From the IMG/VR virus record IMGVR_UViG_2744054962_000004: a stretch of 28,075 bases of DNA. One strand, 5' to 3'. The notes below the pieces were generated by a model. It was not told the DNA's origin. It worked only from the letters and a program-made list of their open reading frames with translations, and did no database searches. Source of the stretch: a virus. Lineage: Duplodnaviria; Heunggongvirae; Uroviricota; Caudoviricetes. Numbering within the stretch: the stretch's first letter is position 1; every line of letters begins with the position of its first letter. This document shows positions 16,401-26,039 of this stretch, one piece after another. The translations under genes and the position numbers were made by a program.

Positions 16401-16952
16401 ATGCGCAGGTCTGCATTTGTGAGGATGATGATTTTTACAACGTTGTTTGTAGGGGGAACTTCTACCGCAGTTGCTAAAAACTGCAAAAAAGGAATACCTT
16501 GTGGTAACTCGTGTATAGCTGTTGGTAAGACGTGCCGGATTGGCTCTTATGCCCCTTCATCTTATAAAAATCATTCATACTCTTATCCTTCATCCTCTAT
16601 TCGAAGCTCGCAATCAAATAATTCACGAAAAACTGAAGGAGTGAAAACGACTCCTGCTGCCAAAAATTATCTTTGCCAATACTCTATTGCATCAATCGAA
16701 AACGGACGTTTAGGGGCATTACGTGTTCAGGGATACGCACAAGTAACTTTATATGCAGATAGCTTCAAGGCTAACAGATTAAATGGAACATATTTGATAT
16801 CGCCAAAACTGAATGCTAACGGCAAGTTTATGATGGCAGATGATAAAAGCAAGGTTTATGCTTATGATTCTTGGCTATTAAATTTTGCAATAAGCGATCG
16901 TATCACAAGAACGACAGAACAATGGGATCGATGTAAGCTCAATCAAAAATAA
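16401..16952 (+). CDS. secreted Cys-rich protein (signal peptide), function unknown
   Basis: 183-aa ORF with ATG start and SD GGGAGG. N-terminal signal peptide (MRRSAFVRMMIFTTLFVGGTSTAVA) followed by CKKGIPCGNSCIAVGKTC cysteine cluster and a Ser/Tyr-rich linker. AT-rich. Confidence 0.55.
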   Translation: MRRSAFVRMMIFTTLFVGGTSTAVAKNCKKGIPCGNSCIAVGKTCRIGSYAPSSYKNHSYSYPSSSIRSSQSNNSRKTEGVKTTPAAKNYLCQYSIASIENGRLGALRVQGYAQVTLYADSFKANRLNGTYLISPKLNANGKFMMADDKSKVYAYDSWLLNFAISDRITRTTEQWDRCKLNQK

Positions 16953-18080
16953 CAGTTAGAGAAGCTCTTGTAGAGGCATTATTGAGTTATTGGTTTTAAT
17001 ATTTTTGTGCCTCTATGGGCTTTTTTTGCCTTTTTGCAATGTAGAAGAGAGCACAGGAATCGTTAAAATTAATTATTGGGGTATTTAAGGTTATTTTCAG
17101 GTGATTTAAGGGTATTAAACGTAATTTAAGTGATTAAAATATAAACAGGTTGTTCTGTATCTTATTGATTTATAAGGTTGTTTTCAAATAAAGGTAAATA
17201 AAAAATAAATAGCCATAAATAGCTATAAATACATCTAAATACATATGAATCCCCTCCCTTATGGCTAGATTGCGAGAGGTGCTTAACGCGATTTTCAGCG
17301 CCCCCCGATCTGGAAAATCCAGAATCCCCAAATATCAGCAAGGAATTTTCTTGCGTAATCAACATCGTTTTTACCTATTAAATCATTACACAGAAAGCCT
17401 TTCTGTAATGTCTCTCACTAAACTTTCACTAAACACGAGAATGATCGGTTTTATGTCGGATCAGATGCTAGAAACAGCACCACGTCTCACAAGGGCTGTA
17501 AGCGATGAAACCAGTGTTTATGCGGGTGCAGGTCAAAATATAGGCCAAAATACATTTAACATAATAATCGTAATATGCACTAAGGAACACATAGAACGCC
17601 TTGAGTTGATGTATCAGGGGAAAAATGGTGTATTTTTTACGTAGGAGCACGAGAGGGCTTCTATTGACTTTTGTATGCTATGAAATATAATAGAAGATTT
17701 TTTATTTTTATGTTGATAGTGATTGCACATTAAAGATTGAAAGCAAATTTAAACATAAATTTTCAACACGTGAAAGAACTTGTTCAACAAATGATAGAAC
17801 GTTTATTGAGCAACAATTTTGCAGTGATGCGCTATATGCCGCATAACATAAGGCTTTGCTGATGATGACGCAAAAGTGAAGAAAGTAAGAATTGCATTTT
17901 GAAGCCATTTTTCTTGGATTTTTTAGTATGGAATTACACAGGGATTAATCATCAATTAATCTTGAATTTAAGCTTGTTTTAGATGTTTAATTTTTGATAG
18001 CAAGAAAGACTTTTACTGATTATAAGAAGATCATTGCACAGATGTTATGTGATGGATGTAACGGTAGGTCACTGTGAGCT

Positions 18081-18217
18081 ACCCCCACAGAATTCTGTTA
18101 TCCTTAACTTTTAAAGAAATATGCACCCTAACAGAAAACTGTTACCCCAACCCTAACAGAATTATGTTAGACACCCCCACAGAAAACTGTTAGCCACCCC
18201 TACAGAATTTTGTTACC
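18081..18217. repeat. five iteron-like direct repeats (~22-23 bp), candidate replication origin or operator array
   Basis: acccccacagaattctgttatcc (18081), accctaacagaaaactgttacccc (18125), ccctaacagaattatgttag (18151), acccccacagaaaactgttagcc (18172), acccctacagaattttgttacc (18195). Consensus CCCYMACAGAAWWNTGTTA with internal dyad ACAGAA..TCTGT; four copies are tandem at ~23-bp spacing. Confidence 0.7.
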
Positions 18218-18908
18218 TATTAGATCAACTATCAAACTACAATTAAATTATCTTTTATAAATTCTTTTATCTTTAAAGAATAATTATAGGGATACCCGTT
18301 AGGGAGTCTTCGACTATCCCTTAATCTATTGGCATTCGCCAGAACCTTGCACAAGTTAGAGTGTTAGTCAGTTAGACTGATACTTCTCATAACACATAGT
18401 TTTTGTTTGTTAATGTTAGTTAGTAGATCTATGTTCGCTTTCCGCTCACAACGAATATGTAATCTACTATGTGCAAATAGCCTACGGCTTGCGTAAGGCT
18501 AAATAGTCTTGCGCTGTGCGCAGAACGATAATTAACTAACTACCATCTAACGATCATCAATCATCTAAAATAAATTTCTTGTGCAATGTTCTTGCGAATG
18601 CAATTAGGGTAGCGTTACCCCTTTGGGGATGCTAACGCATAACTATAGATCAACCATCAAACAGACAAAAAAGAAAAATATGGTTTAAAGATGTTAGGTA
18701 GTAGATGAGTTTCTACCGCTTAAATCAAACCGTAGGCGAGCTAAACAGCCATTACATAAGGGAATGTATTGTTTTTATCAAAACCTCGTTAGAACGCGTT
18801 TTAGAGCGTTTTAGACAATAATGAAGAATTGGAGTATTCGTAAGAGCACGAATTGCTAAGAAAAATCATAACACACTGAAAATGATCAATATTTTTATGG
18901 CTGGGGGG

Positions 18909-18937
18909 TTGACAAAAGCCTTTAGTCGTGGTAAAGT
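18909..18937 (+). promoter_or_regulatory. sigma70-like promoter for the island 2 rightward operon
   Basis: TTGACA (18909-18914), 17-bp spacer, TAAAGT (18932-18937), about 120 bp upstream of the first ATG (19059). Confidence 0.4.
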
Positions 18938-19058
18938 AATATTAGGGGCAGGAAAACATTCTTATCCTTTAAATAATTAAACCAATGCATCGCACTTTGA
19001 AGCCCAAGGCTTGCAAGGTGTCTATTTCTTTTAACTAAATAGAATAGGAGGTTAATTA

Positions 19059-19259
19059 ATGAAATATTTCACTCCACAGGATATTGTGGAAGCCTGGAAA
19101 CGTGGTGAGATCAACCGTTTTAAAGTAAGGATGAACAGGAACACAGCGCGACGCTGTGGTTATCCAGAGCGTGAAAAATGCTTTGACGATGCACTAAAAA
19201 TTATTGATGAATTAAGAAAAAATGAAAAAGGATCTGAAAAAGAATCTGAAACAGAGTAA
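19059..19259 (+). CDS. small hypothetical protein (66 aa)
   Basis: ATG with SD AGGAGG 7 nt upstream; charged, helical-looking; no recognisable motif. Confidence 0.45.
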   Translation: MKYFTPQDIVEAWKRGEINRFKVRMNRNTARRCGYPEREKCFDDALKIIDELRKNEKGSEKESETE

Positions 19260-19278
19260 AGAAGAGAAGGAGAAAACT

Positions 19279-19449
19279 ATGAGCGAAACTACAGAAAAGA
19301 AAAGGCAACCACGCACTTGCTTTCATATTCCTGATGAAGTATTTCAGGTGTTGTTTAAAGAAGCCAGAAGTAAACGTATCACTGTTACAGATTACATTCT
19401 TGATATGTTGAAAAGAGAGGCTGAAACACTCTCAAACAAAAGCAAGTGA
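19279..19449 (+). CDS. ribbon-helix-helix-like DNA-binding protein (56 aa)
   Basis: ATG 19279 with SD AAGGAG 6 nt upstream (preferred over the upstream ATG 19222, which overlaps the previous gene). ...RTCFHIPDEVFQVLFKEARSKRITVTDYILDMLKRE... has the strand-helix-helix pattern of Arc/CopG-type proteins. Confidence 0.5.
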   Translation: MSETTEKKRQPRTCFHIPDEVFQVLFKEARSKRITVTDYILDMLKREAETLSNKSK

Positions 19450-19502
19450 TTTTTATCACCATAGTAGCGCCGTAGAGCGTGATTACATCAAGGAGATTTT
19501 TA

Positions 19503-20072
19503 ATGATTAATGAAGAACAATTTGTAAAAGTTCCTATGTGGATTCTAAAAATAAGCCAAGTAAACGGGCATAAATTTACAGATAGTGCTAAAAACCTTTA
19601 CTGCTATCTGAGAGGGTTTGATCGTGCATTTCCCTCTTACGCTAAGATAGGCGATGTTTTTGGCATAACACCAAGAGCAGCAGAAGAAAGGGTTAAGAAA
19701 TTGCTCGAAATGGGATTAATTATAAAAGATGCACGACCAGGAAGCTCTAACCTTTATCGAGTGCTTGATATTCCAAAAGGAGAATCATCACTACCTGATC
19801 CTTCTGAGAAAGAAGACGAATCTAATGAAATATTGAATGTTTCCGAAATCATCGTTGAAGAAGAAACACAAGAGCCAGAGTTCCCTGAGCGGCCCGAAAT
19901 TTTTACTTGGCTTCTTTCCCTTGATAAGAAGAAACCACCGCACGAAGAAACAGAAGATTTTGTAAAACGAGCATTAGATTCAAAGAATATCTATCTTTGT
20001 GAAAATGATTTTGACTCTTTGATAATTGATCTCAAAAGTGAGAGCACAATATATGATTCACTACCCTTTTAA
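19503..20072 (+). CDS. putative replication initiator / winged-helix DNA-binding protein with acidic C-terminal tail
   Basis: ATG 19503 with SD AGGAGA 6 nt upstream (track ORF starts at GTG 19479). ...YAKIGDVFGITPRAAEERVKKLLEMGLIIKDARPGSSNLYRVL... HTH plus wing. Acidic tail (EKEDESNEILNVSEIIVEEETQEPEFPE). Counterpart of island 1 gene 6576..7376. Confidence 0.55.
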   Translation: MINEEQFVKVPMWILKISQVNGHKFTDSAKNLYCYLRGFDRAFPSYAKIGDVFGITPRAAEERVKKLLEMGLIIKDARPGSSNLYRVLDIPKGESSLPDPSEKEDESNEILNVSEIIVEEETQEPEFPERPEIFTWLLSLDKKKPPHEETEDFVKRALDSKNIYLCENDFDSLIIDLKSESTIYDSLPF

Positions 20073-20206
20073 GGAAATAAATGATTTATAACATCACAAA
20101 CAATCAGTAACAACAGATCGGGCAATACATATGGCAAGTGCATTTGTAGCAATATTCATCGTAACTATGGCATTCAGTTTTTATAATCCACATAAAAAGA
20201 GGGAAA

Positions 20207-20587
20207 ATGGGAAGAAAGAAAAAGAACAACTTAAAACGTATTGAGCAAGGGAACACCTTCAACGACGTAAGAAAGCAAGTTTATAAGAATAATGAAGAAG
20301 CAGGTGAAGAGATAGTCTTCATTTTAGAATCTAACAGCCCACCACTTACAAACGAAGAATTAGAAATTATTCAATCAATGGGTGATGGTGTGTATTTCAA
20401 ACCCAGAACAAGAAAGACAACGATTATAGAACCTGGCACATTGAAGAAATGGCAATTGTTAGGCTTTACCTCATTTCGTCACTATACAGGCTTCAATTCG
20501 TTCAACAATCAGGTAGGCGGCGTTACAGAAACAGATCTGATGCAGCACCTGATCGACACTCTCGCATCTAACAAACGTTCTAACTAA
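20207..20587 (+). CDS. hypothetical protein (126 aa) with basic N-terminus
   Basis: ATG start, SD-like AAGAGGGA upstream; MGRKKKNNLKR... N-terminus. Confidence 0.45.
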   Translation: MGRKKKNNLKRIEQGNTFNDVRKQVYKNNEEAGEEIVFILESNSPPLTNEELEIIQSMGDGVYFKPRTRKTTIIEPGTLKKWQLLGFTSFRHYTGFNSFNNQVGGVTETDLMQHLIDTLASNKRSN

Positions 20588-20602
20588 TAGAAAGACGGGC
20601 GT

Positions 20603-20848
20603 ATGTATAAGCGCCCAATGAAAATATTCGAAAAAGGAAAAATAATGATTGGCTATATTCAAGAAACACAATTATTTCAGATGCTCCTGTCTGATGCAAA
20701 AAACTATGCTGAGTTAATCCGGCTGGCAAAAGAAACAGAAGACTACGAAGCATTAGAACGTTACCGTGATGAAGTGCTGACGCTCAAGACACCTTTTAAC
20801 ATCGTATTGAATATGATTAATGATGCATTACAAGGAGAATACGCATAA
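20603..20848 (+). CDS. small hypothetical protein (81 aa; alternative starts at 20618 or 20645)
   Basis: ORF with three in-frame ATGs; the one at 20645 has the best SD (AAAGGAAA). Stop overlaps the next start (ATAATG at 20846-20850). Confidence 0.4.
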   Translation: MYKRPMKIFEKGKIMIGYIQETQLFQMLLSDAKNYAELIRLAKETEDYEALERYRDEVLTLKTPFNIVLNMINDALQGEYA

Positions 20849-21150
20849 TGGAAGAAGATATTAGCAATGCAATGGAACAACTTTTAGATCTGACTATCTC
20901 ACTACAAACAAGAATAAATCAAGCCTATTCAGATTTATGCGATTATACGCTCTCTCAATGCGTTATTAGCTTAATGAAGCTCAATGTATGCTTAGAAGAT
21001 TTTGTCTCTCTGGTGAGCGATTTAGAGCTATCAGATGCCAAGATGTGCACTCAAACCATCACAGACACCGCCAGCACGTTAAAGGCTGCAAGTGAAGAGA
21101 TTCAGCAATTAGTAAATGATTTAGCAAAAAGTGCTATTTTCTCTAAATGA
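20848..21150 (+). CDS. hypothetical protein (100 aa)
   Basis: ATG with SD AAGGAGAA 8 nt upstream; start overlaps the upstream stop (translational coupling); predicted helical. Confidence 0.45.
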   Translation: MEEDISNAMEQLLDLTISLQTRINQAYSDLCDYTLSQCVISLMKLNVCLEDFVSLVSDLELSDAKMCTQTITDTASTLKAASEEIQQLVNDLAKSAIFSK

Positions 21151-22057
21151 TAATGAAAATCATTTGCATTTATGATGATTTTGTTATATAATAATTTTAG
21201 GGGTAGATTAAAAGATTTTAGTTGGTGTTAATCCTTCTACTGTCATAAATCCCTGCATATGGAAGGTGATAGCCTCAAAGGTTGAGTGGCATTAACCTCT
21301 AACAAATATTACCTTCCATCTATCAAGAAGTTTTAGAATAATCATAACTCCCTCTTTGATTGTTGATTGTTTCTACGTTGTGTTGATGAATGTTGTTAGG
21401 CATTGTGCTTAATTTTTGATAAAAGCGGGTAGGTGTTATCTCCTTGCCCTTCCCGCTCTTATTTTTCATCTATGCTTATCCTAAAGCTCCTTATTTTGTC
21501 CGAAAACATTAAAGAGCCTTACACTGATAGTTATATTTTATAACTATTTACTAACATCATTAAACTCTTATTTAATGACGGAAGTTAGTAACAGAATAAT
21601 CTATTAAGTTGTTGTCAAAAAACTATCATCTGCATAGCGTTAGCCGCAAGTAGAGAGAGTTTAGCTAAGAATGGTGCAATAAACTTTGGAAATATTGATA
21701 GCAAAACGGGTTTTATAGAATGCGGATCTATAATCTTTGGTTGTGAAACGATTTTCTGAAACGGTAGATTACTGTTGGTGTAGTTAATCCTTATTAAAAA
21801 TTTAATCTGTGAGTAGATTGGAATAGTGATTCCTTAAAATCTGACTGGTGCATCCACACCATGAAAGATAGCGGTTAGCCACCGCGCCCCGAATAGATAT
21901 TCCTGATTGATTCCGCATGTTTTCTTAAGAGCATGTTTTCAGGAGTATCTATTCACCCTTTAAGCATATCATCAAGTATATTTAAAAAGTGTATTTGCTG
22001 ATATGTTTAATCCTCTTATAGTTTAACTTATCAATTATGTAATTGCCCGCACGTTAA

Positions 22058-22104
22058 AGCCCCTTTGCTGGTCAGAACCTCTTACGGCATTGGGGCTTTT
22101 TATT
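22058..22104 (+). terminator. candidate intrinsic terminator / attenuator upstream of the structural-like operon
   Basis: AGCCCC ... GGGGCT inverted repeat with a long (28-nt) loop followed by TTTTTATTT. Confidence 0.35.
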
Positions 22105-22131
22105 TGTCTGGCACTAACAGGAACGTTATTT

Positions 22132-22329
22132 ATGAAACAAGAAATGATTATCAGCAAAGACGGGGAAACGATGATTGTTAGTGATGAAAACCTCATTAAG
22201 GTTGCCGCACTGTTGGGAGTTACTCCCGAAAGTCTTCGTTCTACCACTGCTCAATTATTTAAATCGGCTGATGCGGTTAGTCTTGCTGATGCCCTTAAAT
22301 CTAAAATTAAACAACTGAAAGGAAAATAA
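22132..22329 (+). CDS. small hypothetical protein (65 aa)
   Basis: In-frame ATG at 22132 inside the TTG-initiated track ORF 22090..22329; sits immediately upstream of the small/large structural pair. Confidence 0.4.
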   Translation: MKQEMIISKDGETMIVSDENLIKVAALLGVTPESLRSTTAQLFKSADAVSLADALKSKIKQLKGK

Positions 22330-22333
22330 TCTT

Positions 22334-22717
22334 ATGGCTAACCCATATGGAAAATTAAAAGCAGTGAATGCGGATAATTCCCGTTCACGCTGTAAGGTAG
22401 TAGCTTACGCTGCTGATCCAGTGCTGCAAGATCGCCTCGTCAAACTGGCTTCACCTCTCACTGACGATCTTATTGTCGGGGCTTTGCTGAAAGCCGATGG
22501 CACCAAAGCAACAACCGCTTCTGATATTGCTCACGTAGTGGTTGAACCGGCTTATGAAGGACAGGAAAGCGTAGTGGTTGCACATCCTACTTTCGTTATT
22601 CTGGCTGAAGATGGGATTGAATTTAACAGTATGGAAAAGGCAAGTGTTATTGCAAAACTGCAATCTCTCGGCTTTGTAATTGCTGGTTATGAAGAACTTG
22701 CGATCCCTACGACTTAA
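22334..22717 (+). CDS. small phage-structural-like protein (head-decoration-like or tail-terminator-like)
   Basis: 127-aa ORF with ATG start, directly followed (14-bp gap) by the 343-aa protein; positional counterpart of island 1 gene 11079..11420. Confidence 0.45.
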   Translation: MANPYGKLKAVNADNSRSRCKVVAYAADPVLQDRLVKLASPLTDDLIVGALLKADGTKATTASDIAHVVVEPAYEGQESVVVAHPTFVILAEDGIEFNSMEKASVIAKLQSLGFVIAGYEELAIPTT

Positions 22718-22731
22718 CAAGGAAAATAATA

Positions 22732-23763
22732 ATGAATGATTTATCAACATATTTTGGCGTTAATACTGCGGTAGTAACTCCATTTGCTTATGAGAATGCA
22801 CTTAATACCCTGATTACTAATCTCGATCTGTTCGATGTGCAATATCATACAGAAAACAGCATTCTTCTTACCGACCTGATTGATCAGTTTGTGCAGGTAG
22901 CTGGGGAAACCTCGCCTTACGCTCAAAGCGACTGGAACGCCTCTAAACGTCAGGAATGGTCAAACAAACTTTTCCAGATGAAACACGTCGGCAGTATTAA
23001 CGCTGTTACTTCTCGTGACCTGGAACAATACAGCCGCCAATATCCAAACCGTTCTGATGCTATGCTGGTAGCGGTTAATGATTTCTCTGAGGCACATTAC
23101 CGTTCACACGCAAACCGTGTTGAAGTGGATCTGATTACCGCGCTGCTGGGCCTGAAAGTTGAATCTGAATATGCCGGACAAGGTGATCTCGACTTCCTCG
23201 ACGGTCAGGCTAAAACCACGGTACCCGCTATCGACTTTGCATCGACTACTGTTAACCCGTTCCTTGCTATTCGTAAAGCGGTGCGCTTACAGAGTGAAAA
23301 GCTGGGGTCTGGTCTTGCTGCAAAGCGAACTGGTGTAATTATCTTTGCTGCTGGCGCTGCTGCTGATGGTTTGTCATCTAACCCGCTGATCAGTGACATG
23401 GTGAAATATGCAGGTGATGCGAGTGCTACGGCCCTGTTTACCCGTATGGTTGATTCTAACCCAGCCTATGACTCTTTCCAGATTGGTGGGATCACTGTTA
23501 TTGATGTGTCAATGTTTCCTGAGATTGTTGCTCACATCGGAGAGAACGGTTTCGCAATTGTTCCAGTAATGGATAAAGCGGCACAGTGCTATCAGCTTCA
23601 TAGCGGCGTTGGTGTGCGTCATGCTGAGTTAGGTCAAGATGCCGTGTTACATCACCAATATCTAATCAAGGATGAATTCCAATTCCCATCTGTGGTTACT
23701 GAGACATCTTATCTGCCAGTAAACAACATTCCGCAAGCTATCATCTTCGGATCTGCTGCGTAA
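22732..23763 (+). CDS. phage-structural-like protein, 343 aa (major-capsid-E-like or major-tail-like)
   Basis: ATG start. N-terminal similarity to island 1 protein 11439..12473; same size. Fold not verified. Confidence 0.5.
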   Translation: MNDLSTYFGVNTAVVTPFAYENALNTLITNLDLFDVQYHTENSILLTDLIDQFVQVAGETSPYAQSDWNASKRQEWSNKLFQMKHVGSINAVTSRDLEQYSRQYPNRSDAMLVAVNDFSEAHYRSHANRVEVDLITALLGLKVESEYAGQGDLDFLDGQAKTTVPAIDFASTTVNPFLAIRKAVRLQSEKLGSGLAAKRTGVIIFAAGAAADGLSSNPLISDMVKYAGDASATALFTRMVDSNPAYDSFQIGGITVIDVSMFPEIVAHIGENGFAIVPVMDKAAQCYQLHSGVGVRHAELGQDAVLHHQYLIKDEFQFPSVVTETSYLPVNNIPQAIIFGSAA

Positions 23764-23918
23764 TAAAGCGTTAATAGACGATTCCCCATCGTCTGGAAAT
23801 AATCGGGGCAATAAGGGTAAGGGATAATCATATAAGCAAAATATGCGCTGTCTCTTGCCCTTATTTTTTTTCTACTGTCTACAAACCCAAATAAAAATAT
23901 ATATGTGAGAGAAAACCA

Positions 23919-24116
23919 ATGAACGCAGAAAATTCACAGGCATTAATTCTTAAATCTGTAAAAGAACTGGCAGCTATTAGCGAGGAATCAGTTATAAACA
24001 CATCGGCGCTTTGCCGCCTTTTAGAAATTGATGCAAATAATGTGCGTCAGCGTGTCTTTCAGACTGGATGCAGCACTTTCGAAGCAATTCAATACTATTG
24101 CTCTAAAAAACAATAA
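23919..24116 (+). CDS. small hypothetical protein (65 aa)
   Basis: ATG start; lies between the 343-aa protein and the large coiled-coil protein, where a siphovirus tail module would have a tape-measure chaperone (positional analogy only). Confidence 0.4.
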   Translation: MNAENSQALILKSVKELAAISEESVINTSALCRLLEIDANNVRQRVFQTGCSTFEAIQYYCSKKQ

Positions 24117-24150
24117 TAAACAACAATCATAATACAGGGAAACAATTAGC

Positions 24151-25992
24151 ATGTTAGAACTTAACGTCAGCCGCTTATCAAACGTTGTCACCTTCCAGGT
24201 TGATCGACCATCATTAGAGAAAGCAAAAGCAGAAGTAGAAAAACTTCGTAAACAAATGGCGGCGGTGAAAGATATAGAATTGCGTGTTAAGACACATAAA
24301 CAATCAACCGCTAAAGCAAAAAAAGACGTAGACGATATTGCTAAAAAGCAAGCACAGGCAGATAAAGCCAATGCTAAAGCACAATTAGCCGCTCAACGTG
24401 TAGTTGCAAGAGAACAAAAAGCCCTGGCAGCACGCAAAGAGAAGGCAGAATTAAAGCTTTTAGACGTTGGATCAAGCATTAGTGCAATGCACCGTCTTTC
24501 TGTAGCGGAACAATATAAAGCTATTGCACAGGCTAGAGAAATTGCCCTCCAATATGAAAGAGGCGCTATTAGTCTGGCACGTATGAATAGCCAAATGAAA
24601 CGCCTACAACAGCAACAACGTAAGATTAATGGCAATCGTAACGCTCACGCTAAAGCCTATGCACCTGTTAAGGGTAGCGGGAGTATTGGCGGCGGTGCTG
24701 CGGCTGTTATGCTGGGTGGCTTAGGCGCTGGCGCTACGTATATGGCTATGAGCAAAGCCTCTGAATTTGTTACTAACAGCTTTGCGAATGCTGAAACGCT
24801 GGGTGAATTGTATAGCCGTGCGAAGCTGGGCGGTGTAGACGTTAACCAGATGAACGATGTTGAACAATGGGCGTATAAAAACGGCGTTGATTCAATGATG
24901 GGCGAACAAGGTAAACGTAAGTATCTGGATCAGATGAAAGATGTGCGTGAACGTGCAACCAAATCTTATGATGAAGCTGAATATGTAGTTGATAAGAAAA
25001 CTGGTAAAGGAGAATGGAAGGGCGGCGATAGCGGCATCAATACTTTAATGAATGAAGGATTCCTAACTAAAAAGGATCTAAAAGACTTTGCTGATAATCC
25101 GGCTGGTCTGGTTAGTAAAGCAGTTCAGGGAATGGTAGCTAAAGGCTATTCAGATGCACAAATCGGTAGTCGTCTGGAAGATCTGGCTGATGATTTGATG
25201 CTCACCTCTAAATACTGGACACGCTCCGCTAAAGAAGTGGAACAATCAGCACGAGAACAACGAGAATCAGGGCGCTGGGTAACACAGGCACAACAGGAAA
25301 GCGTTATTAAATTCCGTGAACTGAATAATGCACTTAGTGGGCTTTCTGACTCACAAGGGATCGCCTTTGTTGATGGCTTTATGAAATCTCTCGATCCTGC
25401 TGTGATTGAAGAGTTCAAAAAGAGTATGGTTGCAATGCTGCCAATGTTTACCAAATTAGGCGAGGCTATCGGCGGATTGGTTAACGCCGTAATGAAAGCA
25501 ATCAACTGGCTGATGAAAAACGACGAGAAGACGGAAGCTATTCAGAAGAATTTAGGTGATGCACCGCCACTGTCTAACGAAGGGATGAAACAGAATCTTT
25601 CTAATCTCGTTCCTGATCAATATAAAGGCGCTGGCACCGGAACAACTAAGCCAGATAACAGCAATTCCCTGTTTAACACTATTAAAGGCTGGTTTACGCC
25701 AGAAGAAACGGTAGGCGGGGCGCAGGCTGTAAATCAATACACTCTCGAAGGACAAAACATTGCAAATCTGAAACAGAGTGCAGCACAACAAGCTATCAAG
25801 ACTCCTTCTTACACCTTTGCACCTGTTATTAACTTCAATCCAGAATTACAAGTAAATGCAGAAGTGCCGCTAACTATCGAATCAGACACCGGACGATTGA
25901 GCGAATTTATCGACTTCAAATCAAAGGCATCCTCCGCTGAGTTTAGCAAGCTATTAACGCTGGGTGTTATGTCAGGCGGGTCAACCTATTAA
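24151..25992 (+). CDS. large coiled-coil protein with Gly-rich hydrophobic segment (tape-measure-like or scaffold-like)
   Basis: 613-aa ORF with ATG start. K/A/Q-rich coiled-coil N-terminal third, then GSGSIGGGAAAVMLGGLGAGATYMAM hydrophobic Gly-zipper. N-terminus parallels island 1 protein 8363..10510 (LELNVSRLSNVVTFQVD vs IIVSTLTNRVVWDVD). Confidence 0.6.
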   Translation: MLELNVSRLSNVVTFQVDRPSLEKAKAEVEKLRKQMAAVKDIELRVKTHKQSTAKAKKDVDDIAKKQAQADKANAKAQLAAQRVVAREQKALAARKEKAELKLLDVGSSISAMHRLSVAEQYKAIAQAREIALQYERGAISLARMNSQMKRLQQQQRKINGNRNAHAKAYAPVKGSGSIGGGAAAVMLGGLGAGATYMAMSKASEFVTNSFANAETLGELYSRAKLGGVDVNQMNDVEQWAYKNGVDSMMGEQGKRKYLDQMKDVRERATKSYDEAEYVVDKKTGKGEWKGGDSGINTLMNEGFLTKKDLKDFADNPAGLVSKAVQGMVAKGYSDAQIGSRLEDLADDLMLTSKYWTRSAKEVEQSAREQRESGRWVTQAQQESVIKFRELNNALSGLSDSQGIAFVDGFMKSLDPAVIEEFKKSMVAMLPMFTKLGEAIGGLVNAVMKAINWLMKNDEKTEAIQKNLGDAPPLSNEGMKQNLSNLVPDQYKGAGTGTTKPDNSNSLFNTIKGWFTPEETVGGAQAVNQYTLEGQNIANLKQSAAQQAIKTPSYTFAPVINFNPELQVNAEVPLTIESDTGRLSEFIDFKSKASSAEFSKLLTLGVMSGGSTY

Positions 25993-26039
25993 TCATCACT
26001 GTGGGGCTGTTTAGCCCCCTTAAATAAGGATTACAAATT

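Noticed and set aside
17162-17908. ORFs 17261..17644 (plus) and 17162..17365, 17468..17650, 17708..17908 (minus) in the AT-rich region of island 2
   Set aside because: They overlap each other and the repeats and palindromes of the region, have no ribosome-binding sites, and show composition typical of random AT-rich DNA.
18081-18217. Possibility that the five ~23-bp direct repeats are a small CRISPR array
   Set aside because: The repeats are contiguous or nearly so with no unique spacers of 28-40 bp between them, the copies are degenerate, and no cas genes are present; they behave like iterons or operators.
19222-19449. The longer version of the RHH-like ORF starting at ATG 19222
   Set aside because: That start overlaps the 3' end of the upstream gene by 38 nt and lacks an SD, whereas the in-frame ATG at 19279 has AAGGAG at ideal spacing; the shorter protein was reported.
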